Assembly: GCA_041178325.1 (NCBI GenBank)
Contig: JBEGVN010000014.1
Span: 12,476-76,475 of the forward strand
From: Pseudomonadota bacterium
GTDB lineage: Bacteria; Pseudomonadota; Gammaproteobacteria; Methylococcales; Methylococcaceae
Direction: 5' to 3'
Length of the DNA stretch: 64,000 nt
In this document: positions 53,291 through 63,726 of the stretch, in pieces
Layout: each line of letters opens with the position of its first letter
Position numbering within the stretch: position 1 is the first letter of the stretch
Position numbers and translations under genes: made by a program
The notes under the pieces: generated by a model
What the model was told of the DNA's origin: nothing
Seen by the model: only the letters and a program-made list of their open reading frames with translations
The model's database searches: none

Positions 53291-54713
53291 GACCTTATCC
53301 TTGCGGCCCATTCAATGGGTCTATGGACTGATCCTAATCACCGTATTGAGTTTTTTGGGCTTTGCCTGGCATTCAATCCAGGCCTTTGATGACAAGGTCT
53401 ACTCCCTCAGAGAGGGATACCTTAACGAAATCACCCATGCCTTGGCAGGCCCACTGGCTGTGCTTGAAGACATCGGGATGAATGATCAAGCGTCATTAGG
53501 CCGTGTCTTCGCCCCCTTTTCAAACCTTCGAACCCCTGAACTTTATGACGTTGAAGCCAATCGTCAGCGGGTACTCCACCTTCTTGTCACCAACCGGCAG
53601 GGGCAAGTCATTTTTGACTCCACGGGGGAGGAATTGGGTTTGAATATCGCAGATCGCCCCGAAGTTCTGGCTGCTTTGTCAGGAAACGTACAGCGTCGTG
53701 ATGAAGATCTGGGACGCGGCATATACCGCATGTATGTCGGTATCCCGATCAGACATGGCGATACGCTTCACGGTGCCCTGATTGCTTCAAAAAGCAATAT
53801 TCTTCTCAAGCCGCTGGTCGACGCTGTCGAGCAAGGCATGCTTTTTATCTTGCTGGCCTTTGCAGCAATCGTCCTGTTGATGCTGCTTACCGCGTACTTA
53901 CTGCTGTATCGCCCAATTGAGCTCTGGCTGGGTCGTCTGGATCTCGCTCGAGGGGGGACGCCGGTCCTCAGGCCCAATTTACGGAGGAGGCGATTCGGAC
54001 GAATCGGGATCTTGCTGGATCGGGTGCATGAGACCATTTCTGAAAAGCGGCATATGGAGCAAATGGTCGCTTGTCTCGCACATGAAATGAAGAACCCGAT
54101 CAATGCGGTTCGCATTCATGCGGAGCTTTTGGGGCGGGTCGATAAGGCAACCGACCGGCAGCGGCTGATCCTTGAAATCAAGTCCTGTTGTGATCGAATG
54201 ACCAATGTCACTGAACGGCTTCTTGTCATCGCTGCTATTGAGCGTCGGGAGTCACTGGAGGCGCTTTTACCCATTCGTATTGGGGATCTGCTTGAAAATG
54301 TTCTCAGTACACTGCGTGATACGGCCGACCGACAGGGGATCTCGCTCCATACCGTGGGGGTCCTTGATCGATCGGTCCGGTGTGAGCCGGTGCTGATTGA
54401 GCTTGCGATTGGCAATCTCATTCAAAACGCCATCGACCATTCACCCTCCGGGCGTGATGTCGTCATTTCGGTGATGGAGCAGGGAGGAACGGTCGCCTTT
54501 GAGGTTCGTGATCAGGGCAACGGCATCCCGGACCATGCGATACATCAGGTCTTTGACAAGTATTTCACACTGCCCAAAGCGTCAACAGGTCGCAAGGGTA
54601 CGGGAATTGGACTCAATGTGGTCCAGCATGTTGCAGATCTCCATTGTGGCGAAATTACCCTGAAAAACCATCCTGAGGGGGGTGTTCTTGCCATTTTCAC
54701 CCTTCCAATCTGA
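53262..54713 (+). CDS. CreC-like sensor histidine kinase with no adjacent response regulator
   Basis: Two TM helices flank a periplasmic domain. H-box LAHEMKNPINAV, N-box GNLIQNAIDHS, G-boxes DQGNGIP and GTGIGL, and a tail GEITLKNHPEGGVLAIF. Confidence 0.85.
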   Translation: MEWIHVRRLKTLSLRPIQWVYGLILITVLSFLGFAWHSIQAFDDKVYSLREGYLNEITHALAGPLAVLEDIGMNDQASLGRVFAPFSNLRTPELYDVEANRQRVLHLLVTNRQGQVIFDSTGEELGLNIADRPEVLAALSGNVQRRDEDLGRGIYRMYVGIPIRHGDTLHGALIASKSNILLKPLVDAVEQGMLFILLAFAAIVLLMLLTAYLLLYRPIELWLGRLDLARGGTPVLRPNLRRRRFGRIGILLDRVHETISEKRHMEQMVACLAHEMKNPINAVRIHAELLGRVDKATDRQRLILEIKSCCDRMTNVTERLLVIAAIERRESLEALLPIRIGDLLENVLSTLRDTADRQGISLHTVGVLDRSVRCEPVLIELAIGNLIQNAIDHSPSGRDVVISVMEQGGTVAFEVRDQGNGIPDHAIHQVFDKYFTLPKASTGRKGTGIGLNVVQHVADLHCGEITLKNHPEGGVLAIFTLPI

Positions 54714-54739
54714 AGCGGCATTAGGCGCCAATAAAATAT

Positions 54740-54766
54740 AAAAGGCCCTCCGGAAGAGGGCCTTTT
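54740..54766. terminator. Bidirectional rho-independent terminator AAAAGGCCCTC-cggaa-GAGGGCCTTTT
   Basis: Perfect 11-bp stem including A/T runs, between the convergent kinase and NlpE-like genes. Confidence 0.8.
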
Positions 54767-54791
54767 CATGAGGGCTGTGATTCGTTCGTCC

Positions 54792-55331
54792 TTAGTGGAT
54801 ATGCATCTCGCGATTGCCCGCAAGGTCACTGCGCTCCATCAGGTAAGGCTTCTCGCTACCCGGATAGGGACGACCGTCGGAATTCACGTAGAGGAGTGCA
54901 CCATCCTCCTTGATCTGAAGTTTACGAACCGGTGCCTCTTTGTTCGGGGTCAGAACAACCGTCCGATTGGCTTCATCCCAGGTGTACTTCCCTTTTTCAA
55001 ACGATTCGCGGTTTAAAAGCTTGGCGGGTTGAATCACCAGAAGGTAGTTGTCCTTCGCATTCAACGACAGCGTCATCTTGATCCCGTTGCAGTCGGGTTC
55101 GTTGCAGGGCAGGTACCCATAGAAGACCCCGCGATACTTGCCTTTGTCTCCTGGAAGGGCATGCTGGGAGTGATCCATATCACCTCCTTGCCTGAACATC
55201 TCACGCTGCTTGATGGCTTTTTCGGCGAGTTCTTTGTCCGACTCGGCGTATCCTGGGCTCATGAAGCCCAGCGATGCACAAAAAACTCCCATAAGCATTC
55301 CGGCCTTGGCCGCTCGCGTCGATACGTTCAT
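54792..55331 (-). CDS. NlpE/CutF N-terminal-domain-like copper-resistance protein
   Basis: YRGVFYGYLPCNEPDCNGIKMTLSLNAKDNYLL matches the NlpE_N pattern. Signal peptide present. Confidence 0.7.
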   Translation of the reverse strand: MNVSTRAAKAGMLMGVFCASLGFMSPGYAESDKELAEKAIKQREMFRQGGDMDHSQHALPGDKGKYRGVFYGYLPCNEPDCNGIKMTLSLNAKDNYLLVIQPAKLLNRESFEKGKYTWDEANRTVVLTPNKEAPVRKLQIKEDGALLYVNSDGRPYPGSEKPYLMERSDLAGNREMHIH

Positions 55332-55509
55332 TCAGCAGATCCTCCCAAAGTTCGCAGTTAAGGCCCAGGAGCGAGCCCCGTTTTTATGAAATTTTACAAA
55401 TTCACTGGAAAGGGAATTTGATCGGGTTTCACTTTCCTGAAACTACGACAATAGAAAGTGCAGAGGAGTTCCTTGTTACGTGTGAAAGAAGGGTGAAGGT
55501 ATCAGCGCG

Positions 55510-56346
55510 CTACTTTATGCGGTATTTACTGACATTGTTAATGCTGAAGTTGGAGACATAGAGATTTCCCTCGCCATCAAAATCGACACCCGTAGGGTAT
55601 CTGACGCCGGATTTAACGACACTAAGAGGCCTTCCCTTTTTATTGAACTGGACGATGGATGACGTATTGTAGTTGGCAACCCAGGGATTACCCAGACGAT
55701 CGATGGCCAGCGCATGGGGTGCTGTATTGTTGGGTAATTTGAAGCTGACCCCCAGAGAAGGGCAGTAAATAGCATTGTCCTGGGTATCGGCGATCCACAA
55801 CCTATCGTCAGGGCCTATGGCAAGCGAAAACAAATTCATGCTGACCTTCAGATAGCCTAAAAACTTTCCTGTACTGGAATATTTGCTGATCACCTGAGTC
55901 GCGCGGTTCGCGATCAGGACATTATCCTGACTGTCTACGGCGACGGACGTTGGGGTATTAATCAGTTGCAGATTAGGGTCACTCAGAACGATGTCCACGC
56001 CGCCACTTGTGGCGTTGATGTGTTGGACATTGTTTCCTCCAAGATTAGCCACCCAGGCATTGCCCTTGGAGTCGACCGCAATTCCGGCGGGTGAGGCGAA
56101 TCCGGTATAGGTCTTTGTCCCTTTTGGGGTAACCAGAATGACGGAGGCATTGGTTGTACAACCCGACAGGCCGAGTTGGTAGCAGTCTCCCTGGTTGGTG
56201 ACCCACACATCACCGCTCGGCGTAACAGCAACACCCGCCGGGCGAACCACATGGTAGGTGATCACGTCGGTCCTTTTTGCCGCAGCATGGCCCTCGGGAA
56301 TTATCATCTGGCTCATGAGCCAAACGAGAGCCATAAACCGTTTCAT
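55510..56346 (-). CDS. Exported NHL-repeat beta-propeller protein
   Basis: Signal peptide MKRFMALVWLMSQ.., and reiterated G(I/V)AVD..GN.WV(A/T)N units. Confidence 0.7.
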   Translation of the reverse strand: MKRFMALVWLMSQMIIPEGHAAAKRTDVITYHVVRPAGVAVTPSGDVWVTNQGDCYQLGLSGCTTNASVILVTPKGTKTYTGFASPAGIAVDSKGNAWVANLGGNNVQHINATSGGVDIVLSDPNLQLINTPTSVAVDSQDNVLIANRATQVISKYSSTGKFLGYLKVSMNLFSLAIGPDDRLWIADTQDNAIYCPSLGVSFKLPNNTAPHALAIDRLGNPWVANYNTSSIVQFNKKGRPLSVVKSGVRYPTGVDFDGEGNLYVSNFSINNVSKYRIK

Positions 56347-56398
56347 CGGGACGGAGGTAAGCTTGAAAGTATCCTTGATGGATCGCATCGGTGATCTA

Positions 56399-56953
56399 TT
56401 AGACGTCTGAAGAGTGAATGTAAGTGACAGGGTCATTCGAAGCCCCACGTTGCAGGGCAGAGGCCATGAGGTCGAGGTCGATGATCAAAAACGCCAAGGA
56501 CCAGATCAGTCCATCATAGGCATTGAAGTAGGCTCCTTCCATCATCCAGGTAACGATCACGCCCACCATGCCCAGAATGAGACTCAGGCTGGCGAACCGG
56601 AACAGTTTTGGATGGGCCACAACTTCGTTCTTGTACCGGCTTTCAAGCTCAAACAAGGCCACAACCAGAAGCCAAAGAAACGAATATACCCCATCCAACC
56701 AGGCACCCTCGAGCAGATAAGAGCTTTCTGCGAGGATAACCACCATCACGGCCATATTTCGGATCAAGGGGAGTCTTTGATTCAGTTTCAGTAACCACGG
56801 AAGCTTGCCCGTTTCGATTTCGTAAAGAACCATCAGCACGATCCAGGCCATCGAATCAAAACTATCGTTGTATTCACCGCGAATCAAAAAAACGATGGCA
56901 TTGGCCAAGAGCAGGAGGAAGAGCCCTGTTTTAAGTTGCAATGGCCGCATCAT
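56399..56953 (-). CDS. Six-TM membrane protein built from three ~45-aa two-TM repeats, hypothetical
   Basis: Repeat loops GEYNDSFDSMAW, EGAWLDGVYSFLW and EGAYFNAYDGLIW, each followed by a TM helix ending in an acidic pair (YEIE, FELE, IDLD). ATGA overlap with the U32 stop. Confidence 0.6.
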   Translation of the reverse strand: MMRPLQLKTGLFLLLLANAIVFLIRGEYNDSFDSMAWIVLMVLYEIETGKLPWLLKLNQRLPLIRNMAVMVVILAESSYLLEGAWLDGVYSFLWLLVVALFELESRYKNEVVAHPKLFRFASLSLILGMVGVIVTWMMEGAYFNAYDGLIWSLAFLIIDLDLMASALQRGASNDPVTYIHSSDV

Positions 56954-58935
56954 GGACTCGGGACCCCGACCTTGGGTCGTGTTTTGTAGAACTGGATAGG
57001 TTCGGCGGGTATCGCTTTGAGCACATGGCGTTTAATTTTTCCAACGACATGCATTTCGCATGGTTTGCAGTCGAATCGTAGCGTCAGCTTTTCATTGCCA
57101 TTGATCAGTTGTAGAGGTTCTGCCTTTACGGTGCCTTGAACACCAAGAACGCCTTTGGTCTGTTTGGGGCACAGTGAGAGGGAGAAACGGATGCAATGCT
57201 TCGTGATCATCAGGCTGACCTCGCCCGTTTCCTCATGACTTTCATAGGCGGCATCGACGATCTTGACACCATGCGCCAGATAGAATCGCTGCGCTTCCTG
57301 ATTGTAGACATTGGCAAGGTAGCTCAGGGTGTCATCGGGGTAGACCGGCGGTGGTGTGGTTTCAGGGTGACGCACAAGGCGCGTGAATTGGGATTCGCGC
57401 TTTCGGTCCAGAGCATCAATGGCGTCGCGCCGTAATGCGTTTAAAAGCGATGCAGGTCTGAACCCCATCTGCGAGGGCGCGAGGGTTTCGATGGCGATAG
57501 ACCGGACTGTGTAGGGTGTACCCCCAAGCTTTCCCAAGGCCTCGCGAATCGCTTCTTTCTGCTTTTCAAGATCACGGGCTTCTTGCCATTCCACAGCGCG
57601 ATCCAAAACGACTTCATGGCCATCATCATCCTTAAGATGAAGGGATAGACCCGTGGCTGTCTCCTTAAAGTTCATCGTAATACCAATCTTGCGGTCAGCC
57701 GTCCGATCGCTTTCCATCAAGCGCTCCCACGCCATGTCGCGGCTGCGGTGGAGTTCCACTTCCTTTCGAAGATCCTTGAACTGGGTCATGGGCTCATTGG
57801 GATAGGCCCTAAACCGACGCGTACCCAAGGCCTCGGCGACATTGACCCTGAATCCCTTGAGTTCCTTTTGAAGATCAAAATAGGTGATGGTGTCGCCGTT
57901 ATTCAGATCTGCGACCCCATCGTTCAACTGGATATCCAGATGATCGGAACCTACGCGGATGACCCAGCCCAGGGGAAGACCTTGGGGTTTTGGGGTATCA
58001 AAGGCCCCTATGTCCTGCTGTCGTCCATGCACAAAATAGTCGGTCGAGCCCCGATTAAAGCTTCGCTCGGGTTCTGGCGTGAAATGGAGGGACGTGGTTC
58101 CACTGGAAGCCCGGCCAAGTTCAGGGTTTCCCTCGAGGATGACGTCCAGAAGCTGACGGTAGTGCGCGGTTGTGTTCTTGACGTAAGCCAGATCCTTGTA
58201 TCGACCTTCAATCTTGAAACTGCGAACGCCGGCATCGATCAATGCCGAAAGATTGGCGCTTTGATCGTTGTCCTTGACTGAAAGGACATGTTTTTGATGA
58301 GCAATGATCCGGCCTTGATCATCACGGACTTCATAGGGTAGCCGGCAGGCCTGGGAACAGTCGCCACGATTAGCGCTCCGTCCGGTTTGAGCGTGGCTGA
58401 TGAAGCATTGACCGCTGTAGGCGACACAGAGCGCGCCGTGGATGAAATATTCAAGGATGGCCATATCAAGGACACTGGCCATGGCCTTGAGATCCGGCAA
58501 TGACAGTTCGCGGGCCGCGACGACCTGGGAGAAGCCAGCGTCTTGCAGGAAGCGGGCTTTTTCCGGGGATCGAATATCGCATTGTGTGCTGGCATGCAGC
58601 TGAATAGGGGGGAGGTCCAGCATCAACAACCCCATATCCTGAATGATCAGGGCATCGACCCCGCAGTCGTATGCGGATTGAATCAGTGCTTGTGCCTTCG
58701 GTAGTTCATCATCCCTCAATATCGTGTTCAGCGTCAGAAATATACGGGCGTTGAAACGATGGGCGTGCCTGACCAGTCGTTCGATATCGCGCAAATCATT
58801 TCCGGCATTGTGCCGTGCACCAAAAGAGGGACCACCGATATAAACGGCATCAGCGCCATGGTTTATCGCGGCAATTCCAATCTCAGCGGTTTTGGCTGGG
58901 GAAAGGAGCTCGATGCGTGTAGGGGAAGCGCTCAT
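56950..58935 (-). CDS. U32-family peptidase-like protein (long form with C-terminal extension)
   Basis: N-terminal ELLSPAKTAEIGIAAINHGADAVYIGG and U32 core ...E..IHGALCVAYSGQC. 661 aa. Confidence 0.8.
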   Translation of the reverse strand: MSASPTRIELLSPAKTAEIGIAAINHGADAVYIGGPSFGARHNAGNDLRDIERLVRHAHRFNARIFLTLNTILRDDELPKAQALIQSAYDCGVDALIIQDMGLLMLDLPPIQLHASTQCDIRSPEKARFLQDAGFSQVVAARELSLPDLKAMASVLDMAILEYFIHGALCVAYSGQCFISHAQTGRSANRGDCSQACRLPYEVRDDQGRIIAHQKHVLSVKDNDQSANLSALIDAGVRSFKIEGRYKDLAYVKNTTAHYRQLLDVILEGNPELGRASSGTTSLHFTPEPERSFNRGSTDYFVHGRQQDIGAFDTPKPQGLPLGWVIRVGSDHLDIQLNDGVADLNNGDTITYFDLQKELKGFRVNVAEALGTRRFRAYPNEPMTQFKDLRKEVELHRSRDMAWERLMESDRTADRKIGITMNFKETATGLSLHLKDDDGHEVVLDRAVEWQEARDLEKQKEAIREALGKLGGTPYTVRSIAIETLAPSQMGFRPASLLNALRRDAIDALDRKRESQFTRLVRHPETTPPPVYPDDTLSYLANVYNQEAQRFYLAHGVKIVDAAYESHEETGEVSLMITKHCIRFSLSLCPKQTKGVLGVQGTVKAEPLQLINGNEKLTLRFDCKPCEMHVVGKIKRHVLKAIPAEPIQFYKTRPKVGVPSP

Positions 58936-59071
58936 TAGGGGAACTCAGGGGTGAATCGGGGTAGGACTTCCCGATACCCCGTCATTTTAGCGATTTCCTG
59001 CGTTGAAGCGCGTGGTTTAATCTCAAGGGTCATCCATATCCCCCAGTCTCTTTTTCTCCTGCGAGGCCTAC

Positions 59072-60115
59072 ATGTCCTATAAAGCCTATGGCGCAACGAG
59101 CCCCCAGTCGAAGCTGGCTCCACTCACAATCCCGCGTCGCGCACTCAACCGCGATGATGTACAGATCCAGATTCTTTTCTGCGGGGTCTGTCATTCGGAT
59201 CTTCACACAGCCCGCAATGAATGGCAGGGGACCCAGTATCCCTGCGTGCCCGGCCATGAAATTGTGGGTCGTGTTGCCTCTGTAGGAGCCGATGTCGCGG
59301 ATATTAAGCCGGGTGACTTTGCTGCAGTAGGGTGTATGGTCGACAGTTGTGGCTGCTGTGCTTCCTGCGCTGAAGGGGAAGAGCAATATTGCGAAGCCGG
59401 ATTTACCGGTACTTATAACGGGCCCATCTATGGGGGAGCGAATACCTTCGGTGGATATTCTGAATCAATCACAGTAAAGCGATCTTTTGTCCTCAAGGTC
59501 AATCATCCTGAATCCGACCTGCCGCGTGTTGCGCCTCTCCTTTGTGCCGGAATTACCTTGTATTCCCCGCTGTGCCACTTTGGAGCAGGGCCCGAGAAAA
59601 AGGTCGGCATTGTCGGTCTTGGGGGGCTTGGACACATGGGTGTGAAGCTGGCGCGGGCCATGGGCGCTGAAGTGACGCTGTTTACGACCTCGCGGAGCAA
59701 GATTGAGGATGGGCTTCGAATGGGGGCGCATCGCGTGATCGTCTCAAATGATCCGGAGTCGATGGCGGCGCTTTCAGGCCAGTTGGATCTGGTTGTAGAT
59801 ACCGTCGCGTTCAGTCATGACCTTATGCCCTATCTCGACCTCCTTGCAAAAAATGGCCAACTGGTGCTGGTCGGAGCCCCCGAACAACCACACCCGGAAT
59901 TTCAGCCCTTTTCACTTATTTTCAAGCGTCGAGCGATCGCGGGGTCTCTGATAGGAGGGATTTCCGAAACACAGGAGATGCTGGATTTCTGTGCTCAGCA
60001 TCAGGTCCTCAGCGACATCGAACTGATTTCGATCTCCGAGATCAATGATGCTTATGAGCGCATGCTACGAAGTGATGTTCGGTATCGTTTTGTCATCGAC
60101 ATGGCATCACTGTGA
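59072..60115 (+). CDS. Zn-dependent NADP alcohol/aldehyde reductase (YahK/cinnamyl-ADH-like)
   Basis: GVCHSDLHTARNEW..PCVPGHEIVGRV and GLGGLGHMGVKLA. Colinear with E. coli YahK. Confidence 0.9.
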   Translation: MSYKAYGATSPQSKLAPLTIPRRALNRDDVQIQILFCGVCHSDLHTARNEWQGTQYPCVPGHEIVGRVASVGADVADIKPGDFAAVGCMVDSCGCCASCAEGEEQYCEAGFTGTYNGPIYGGANTFGGYSESITVKRSFVLKVNHPESDLPRVAPLLCAGITLYSPLCHFGAGPEKKVGIVGLGGLGHMGVKLARAMGAEVTLFTTSRSKIEDGLRMGAHRVIVSNDPESMAALSGQLDLVVDTVAFSHDLMPYLDLLAKNGQLVLVGAPEQPHPEFQPFSLIFKRRAIAGSLIGGISETQEMLDFCAQHQVLSDIELISISEINDAYERMLRSDVRYRFVIDMASL

Positions 60116-60489
60116 TGTTTTAGGCGATCAGTTACTGTTATTTACCTTATAAATCCCATTCTGTTTTTATGGTAAATGATGATTTTAGTTGTGTATTTCA
60201 AAGGATTAGGACTAGTATCTTTCGCAACTTCATGACGGCCGCATTTCATCCTTTTCGAGCGTGCCGTAAGGTGTGTTCCTGAACAGATTGCCTGTGGCCG
60301 TCTGATCGCATACCACTCTTTTAAGACCGCGTGAACTTGGGAGCACTTTGATCGCGCTCCCTCACGTCGATGTATCGAGGCGAACAATGCCTTGATCGTT
60401 TTGTTTGCCACAACAGATGCCTTTCGGCACCTGTTGTTAAAAGCCATCCCGTAATTGGGTCAGGTCAACCTTAAAGAGTGAGAGGACAC

Positions 60490-62145
60490 ATGTCACAGCC
60501 TGATGATCTTCCCGTTTGGAATACCCTTAAATCCCATCAGAAAGTCATGGAACAGCTGCATATGCGCGATTTGTTCCGTGATGATCCCACGCGATTTGAG
60601 CGCTATTCCATCCAATTCGGTGACATCCTTTTTGACTATTCCAAAAATCGCATTACCGATGAGACTCTTGGCCTTCTTTTGAAGCTTGCCGAGGGGGCCA
60701 AGGTCGCGGAAAAGCGTGAAGCGATGTTTGAGGGGCGGAGAATCAATCTCACTGAAAATCGCGCAGTTCTCCATACCGCACTTCGCAATCGATCAAATCA
60801 TCCCGTATTGCTGGATGGCAAGGACGTGATGCCTGACATCAATCGTGTGCTCAATGGCATGCGAGAATTTTCTGAAAAGATCCGTTCAGGAAGTTGGAAA
60901 GGCTGGACCGGTAAATCGATCACGGATGTCGTCAATATCGGCATTGGCGGTTCAGATTTGGGACCGCGCATGGTTGTTAAGGCCTTGACGCCCTACCATC
61001 AGCCAGGTCTTGCGGTTCATTTTGTTTCCAATGTGGATGAAGCGGATCTGGTTGAAAATCTGAAAGGTCTGGATCCTGAAACGACCCTGTTCCTCGTGGC
61101 CTCAAAGACCTTTACGACGCTTGAGACCATGACCAACGCTAATACGGCCAAGCAGTGGTTGTTGGACAAACTCAAGGACCCCAAGGCTATTGCAAAGCAT
61201 TTCGCAGCCATCTCTACCAATGCTGAGAAGGTTCAGGCTTTCGGTATTGATACTGCGAACATGTTCGAATTCTGGGACTGGGTTGGTGGTCGCTATTCGA
61301 TTTGGTCTTCCATCGGCTTGCCGATTGCCATCGCTGTCGGTATGGACCGTTTCGAGAGCCTCCTGATGGGCGCTCACAAAGCCGATCAACACTTCAGAAC
61401 CGCCCCCATGGAGCAGAATATCCCGGTCATTATGGGGCTGCTTGGCGTCTGGTATGACAACTTCTTCTCGGCCGAAGCCTATGCGATTCTCCCTTACGAT
61501 CAATATCTAGAGTATTTGACCGCCTATCTTCAGCAGGGAGATATGGAGAGCAACGGAAAAAGTATCGACCTTGACGGCGATCCAGTGGATTACAGCACTG
61601 GCCCGATCATTTTCGGTCAGCCGGGAACCAATGGACAGCATGCCTTCTATCAGCTGATGCATCAGGGAACGACACTGATTCCTTCAGATTTTCTGGCTGC
61701 CGTAGAAAGCCACAACGGCAATGATGCTCATCATGACCTTCTGATTTCGAACTTCATCGCTCAAACTGAGGCCTTGATGGTGGGTAAGACGCCGGAGGCT
61801 GCCAAGGCGGAGCTTTTGGCTTCCGGTTGCACACTGGAGGGCGAGGAACTCAAGGATCTGGCTGCCGCTAAGTCATTCAGCGGGAATCGGCCTTCCAATT
61901 CACTGCTGTATCAAAAGCTGACCCCGGAAACCTTGGGTAGCCTTATTGCGCTCTATGAACACAAGATTTTCGTTCAGGGTGTGATCTGGCATATCAATTC
62001 CTTTGATCAGATGGGCGTCGAACTGGGTAAGCAGCTCGCGAGCAAAGTGCAAAAGGAAATTGAAGCCAAGGTTCCGGTCAATCACCACGACGTATCCACA
62101 AACGGACTCATCAATGCCTACGTGAGCCGAAAGCCAAAGCGCTGA
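60490..62145 (+). CDS. pgi: Glucose-6-phosphate isomerase
   Basis: [29 protein letters not shown]-type region ([10 protein letters not shown]). ATG at 60490 with a GAGAGG RBS. Confidence 0.95.
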   Translation: MSQPDDLPVWNTLKSHQKVMEQLHMRDLFRDDPTRFERYSIQFGDILFDYSKNRITDETLGLLLKLAEGAKVAEKREAMFEGRRINLTENRAVLHTALRNRSNHPVLLDGKDVMPDINRVLNGMREFSEKIRSGSWKGWTGKSITDVVNIGIGGSDLGPRMVVKALTPYHQPGLAVHFVSNVDEADLVENLKGLDPETTLFLVASKTFTTLETMTNANTAKQWLLDKLKDPKAIAKHFAAISTNAEKVQAFGIDTANMFEFWDWVGGRYSIWSSIGLPIAIAVGMDRFESLLMGAHKADQHFRTAPMEQNIPVIMGLLGVWYDNFFSAEAYAILPYDQYLEYLTAYLQQGDMESNGKSIDLDGDPVDYSTGPIIFGQPGTNGQHAFYQLMHQGTTLIPSDFLAAVESHNGNDAHHDLLISNFIAQTEALMVGKTPEAAKAELLASGCTLEGEELKDLAAAKSFSGNRPSNSLLYQKLTPETLGSLIALYEHKIFVQGVIWHINSFDQMGVELGKQLASKVQKEIEAKVPVNHHDVSTNGLINAYVSRKPKR

Positions 62146-62235
62146 ATCCTGCATTGTGGGTGACCCCTTTTAATGGTCGGTTTCTAATAACGAGAAGACT
62201 GGACCAAGCCCTAAGGCCTGGCAGTCAGTAAAAAC

Positions 62236-63666
62236 ATGTCAGAGGTAAGTATGAGTGGATGTGATATTGGTCTGATTGGCCTTGCCGTCATGGGCGAGAA
62301 TCTTGTCCTCAACATGGAATCGAAAGGCTTCCATGTTGCCGTCTATAACCGCACAACCGAGGTGACCGACAAGTTTGCCGAGGGTCGTGCCAAAGGAAAG
62401 CGCATTACCCCCTGCAAGACGCTGGAGTCTTTTGTCGGCGCCTTGGCCAAGCCAAGGAAAATGCAGATCATGGTTAAGGCTGGTGGACCGGTCGATGCAG
62501 TGATCGATCAACTGATTCCCTTGCTTGAACCCGGTGACATCATCATCGATGGGGGTAACTCCCTTTGGACCGATACCCAACGCCGTGAAAAACGGCTGAA
62601 GGAAATTGGCATTCACTTCTTCGGCGTCGGTGTTTCCGGGGGAGAGGAGGGTGCACTGAAAGGGCCGTCCATCATGCCGGGTGGTTCGGCAGAAGGCTGG
62701 AAGGCGATTGCCCCCATTTATACCAAGATCGCGGCCGTAGCCGAGGGCGAAGCTTGCTGTAGACACATGGGCACCGATGGCGCGGGTCATTACGTGAAAA
62801 TGGTCCATAACGGCATCGAATACGGGGACATGCAATTAATTTGCGAGGCCTATGCCATTCTGAAGGCCGTTTTGAATCCAACTGCCGAGGAGTTTGCCCA
62901 GATCTTTAATGATTGGAATAAGGGCGATCTTGACTCCTTCCTGATTGATATCACAGCCAAGATTTTCACCCATAAGGATCCTGAAACTGGAACGCCTCTG
63001 GTTGATGTCATTGTCGATAAGGCGGGGCAAAAGGGCACCGGCAAATGGACGGTGGGTCATGCAACCGAGATGGGTGTTCCTTTGTCCGTGATTGCGAGCG
63101 CTGTTGAAGGCCGAATCTTGAGTTCCCTTCGGGCCGAGCGCCTCGAGGCCTCCAAGGTTCTTCCCGGTCCAACCCCTGGGGCTTACAGCGGGGATCGTCA
63201 GGCGCTTATCACGGCCGTTCGTGATGCCCTCTACGCCAGCAAGATCATCAGTTATGCCCAAGGCTTCGTTCAGCTCGGCGCCGCCTCTGAACTTTATGGC
63301 TGGAAGCTTAACTTTGGCGATATTTCATCAATCTGGCGTGGTGGCTGCATCATTCGTGCACGTTTCTTGAATCGGATCACCGATGCTTATCGGAAGGATC
63401 CAGGACTCAAGAATCTGATCCTTGATCCCTATTTCAGGGATATCATTGTCAATACGCAGGCAAATTGGCGGAAGGTCGCGCAGGTGGCTGTTGAATATGG
63501 GGTTGCGACTCCGGCGTTTTCATCAGCGCTTTCCTACTACGACAGCTATCGAACTGCACGGCTACCGCAGAATCTTCTTCAAGCCCAGCGTGACTTCTTT
63601 GGTGCACATACCTTTGAGCGGCTGGACAAACCCGAAGGTCAGTTCTTTCACAACGATTGGTTCTGA
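62236..63666 (+). CDS. gnd: 6-phosphogluconate dehydrogenase (decarboxylating)
   Basis: IGLIGLAVMGENL, GVSGGEEGA, HNGIEYGDMQLI, FFGAHTFER. Confidence 0.95.
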   Translation: MSEVSMSGCDIGLIGLAVMGENLVLNMESKGFHVAVYNRTTEVTDKFAEGRAKGKRITPCKTLESFVGALAKPRKMQIMVKAGGPVDAVIDQLIPLLEPGDIIIDGGNSLWTDTQRREKRLKEIGIHFFGVGVSGGEEGALKGPSIMPGGSAEGWKAIAPIYTKIAAVAEGEACCRHMGTDGAGHYVKMVHNGIEYGDMQLICEAYAILKAVLNPTAEEFAQIFNDWNKGDLDSFLIDITAKIFTHKDPETGTPLVDVIVDKAGQKGTGKWTVGHATEMGVPLSVIASAVEGRILSSLRAERLEASKVLPGPTPGAYSGDRQALITAVRDALYASKIISYAQGFVQLGAASELYGWKLNFGDISSIWRGGCIIRARFLNRITDAYRKDPGLKNLILDPYFRDIIVNTQANWRKVAQVAVEYGVATPAFSSALSYYDSYRTARLPQNLLQAQRDFFGAHTFERLDKPEGQFFHNDWF

Positions 63667-63677
63667 TCCACTCTGTA

Positions 63678-63716
63678 AAGGGGGGGGCACCATTAGGGCT
63701 GCCCCCCCTTTTTTTA
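63678..63716. terminator. Rho-independent terminator GGGGGGGC-loop-GCCCCCCC followed by a T-run
   Basis: Read directly after the gnd stop. A-run upstream and T-run downstream could serve both convergent genes. Confidence 0.8.
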
Positions 63717-63726
63717 GTTGGAATCT

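Noticed and set aside
60142-60447. 101-aa minus-strand ORF upstream of pgi
   Set aside because: Basic, Cys/Arg/Lys-rich composition, no RBS, no domain resemblance, and it spans AT-rich non-coding-looking DNA.
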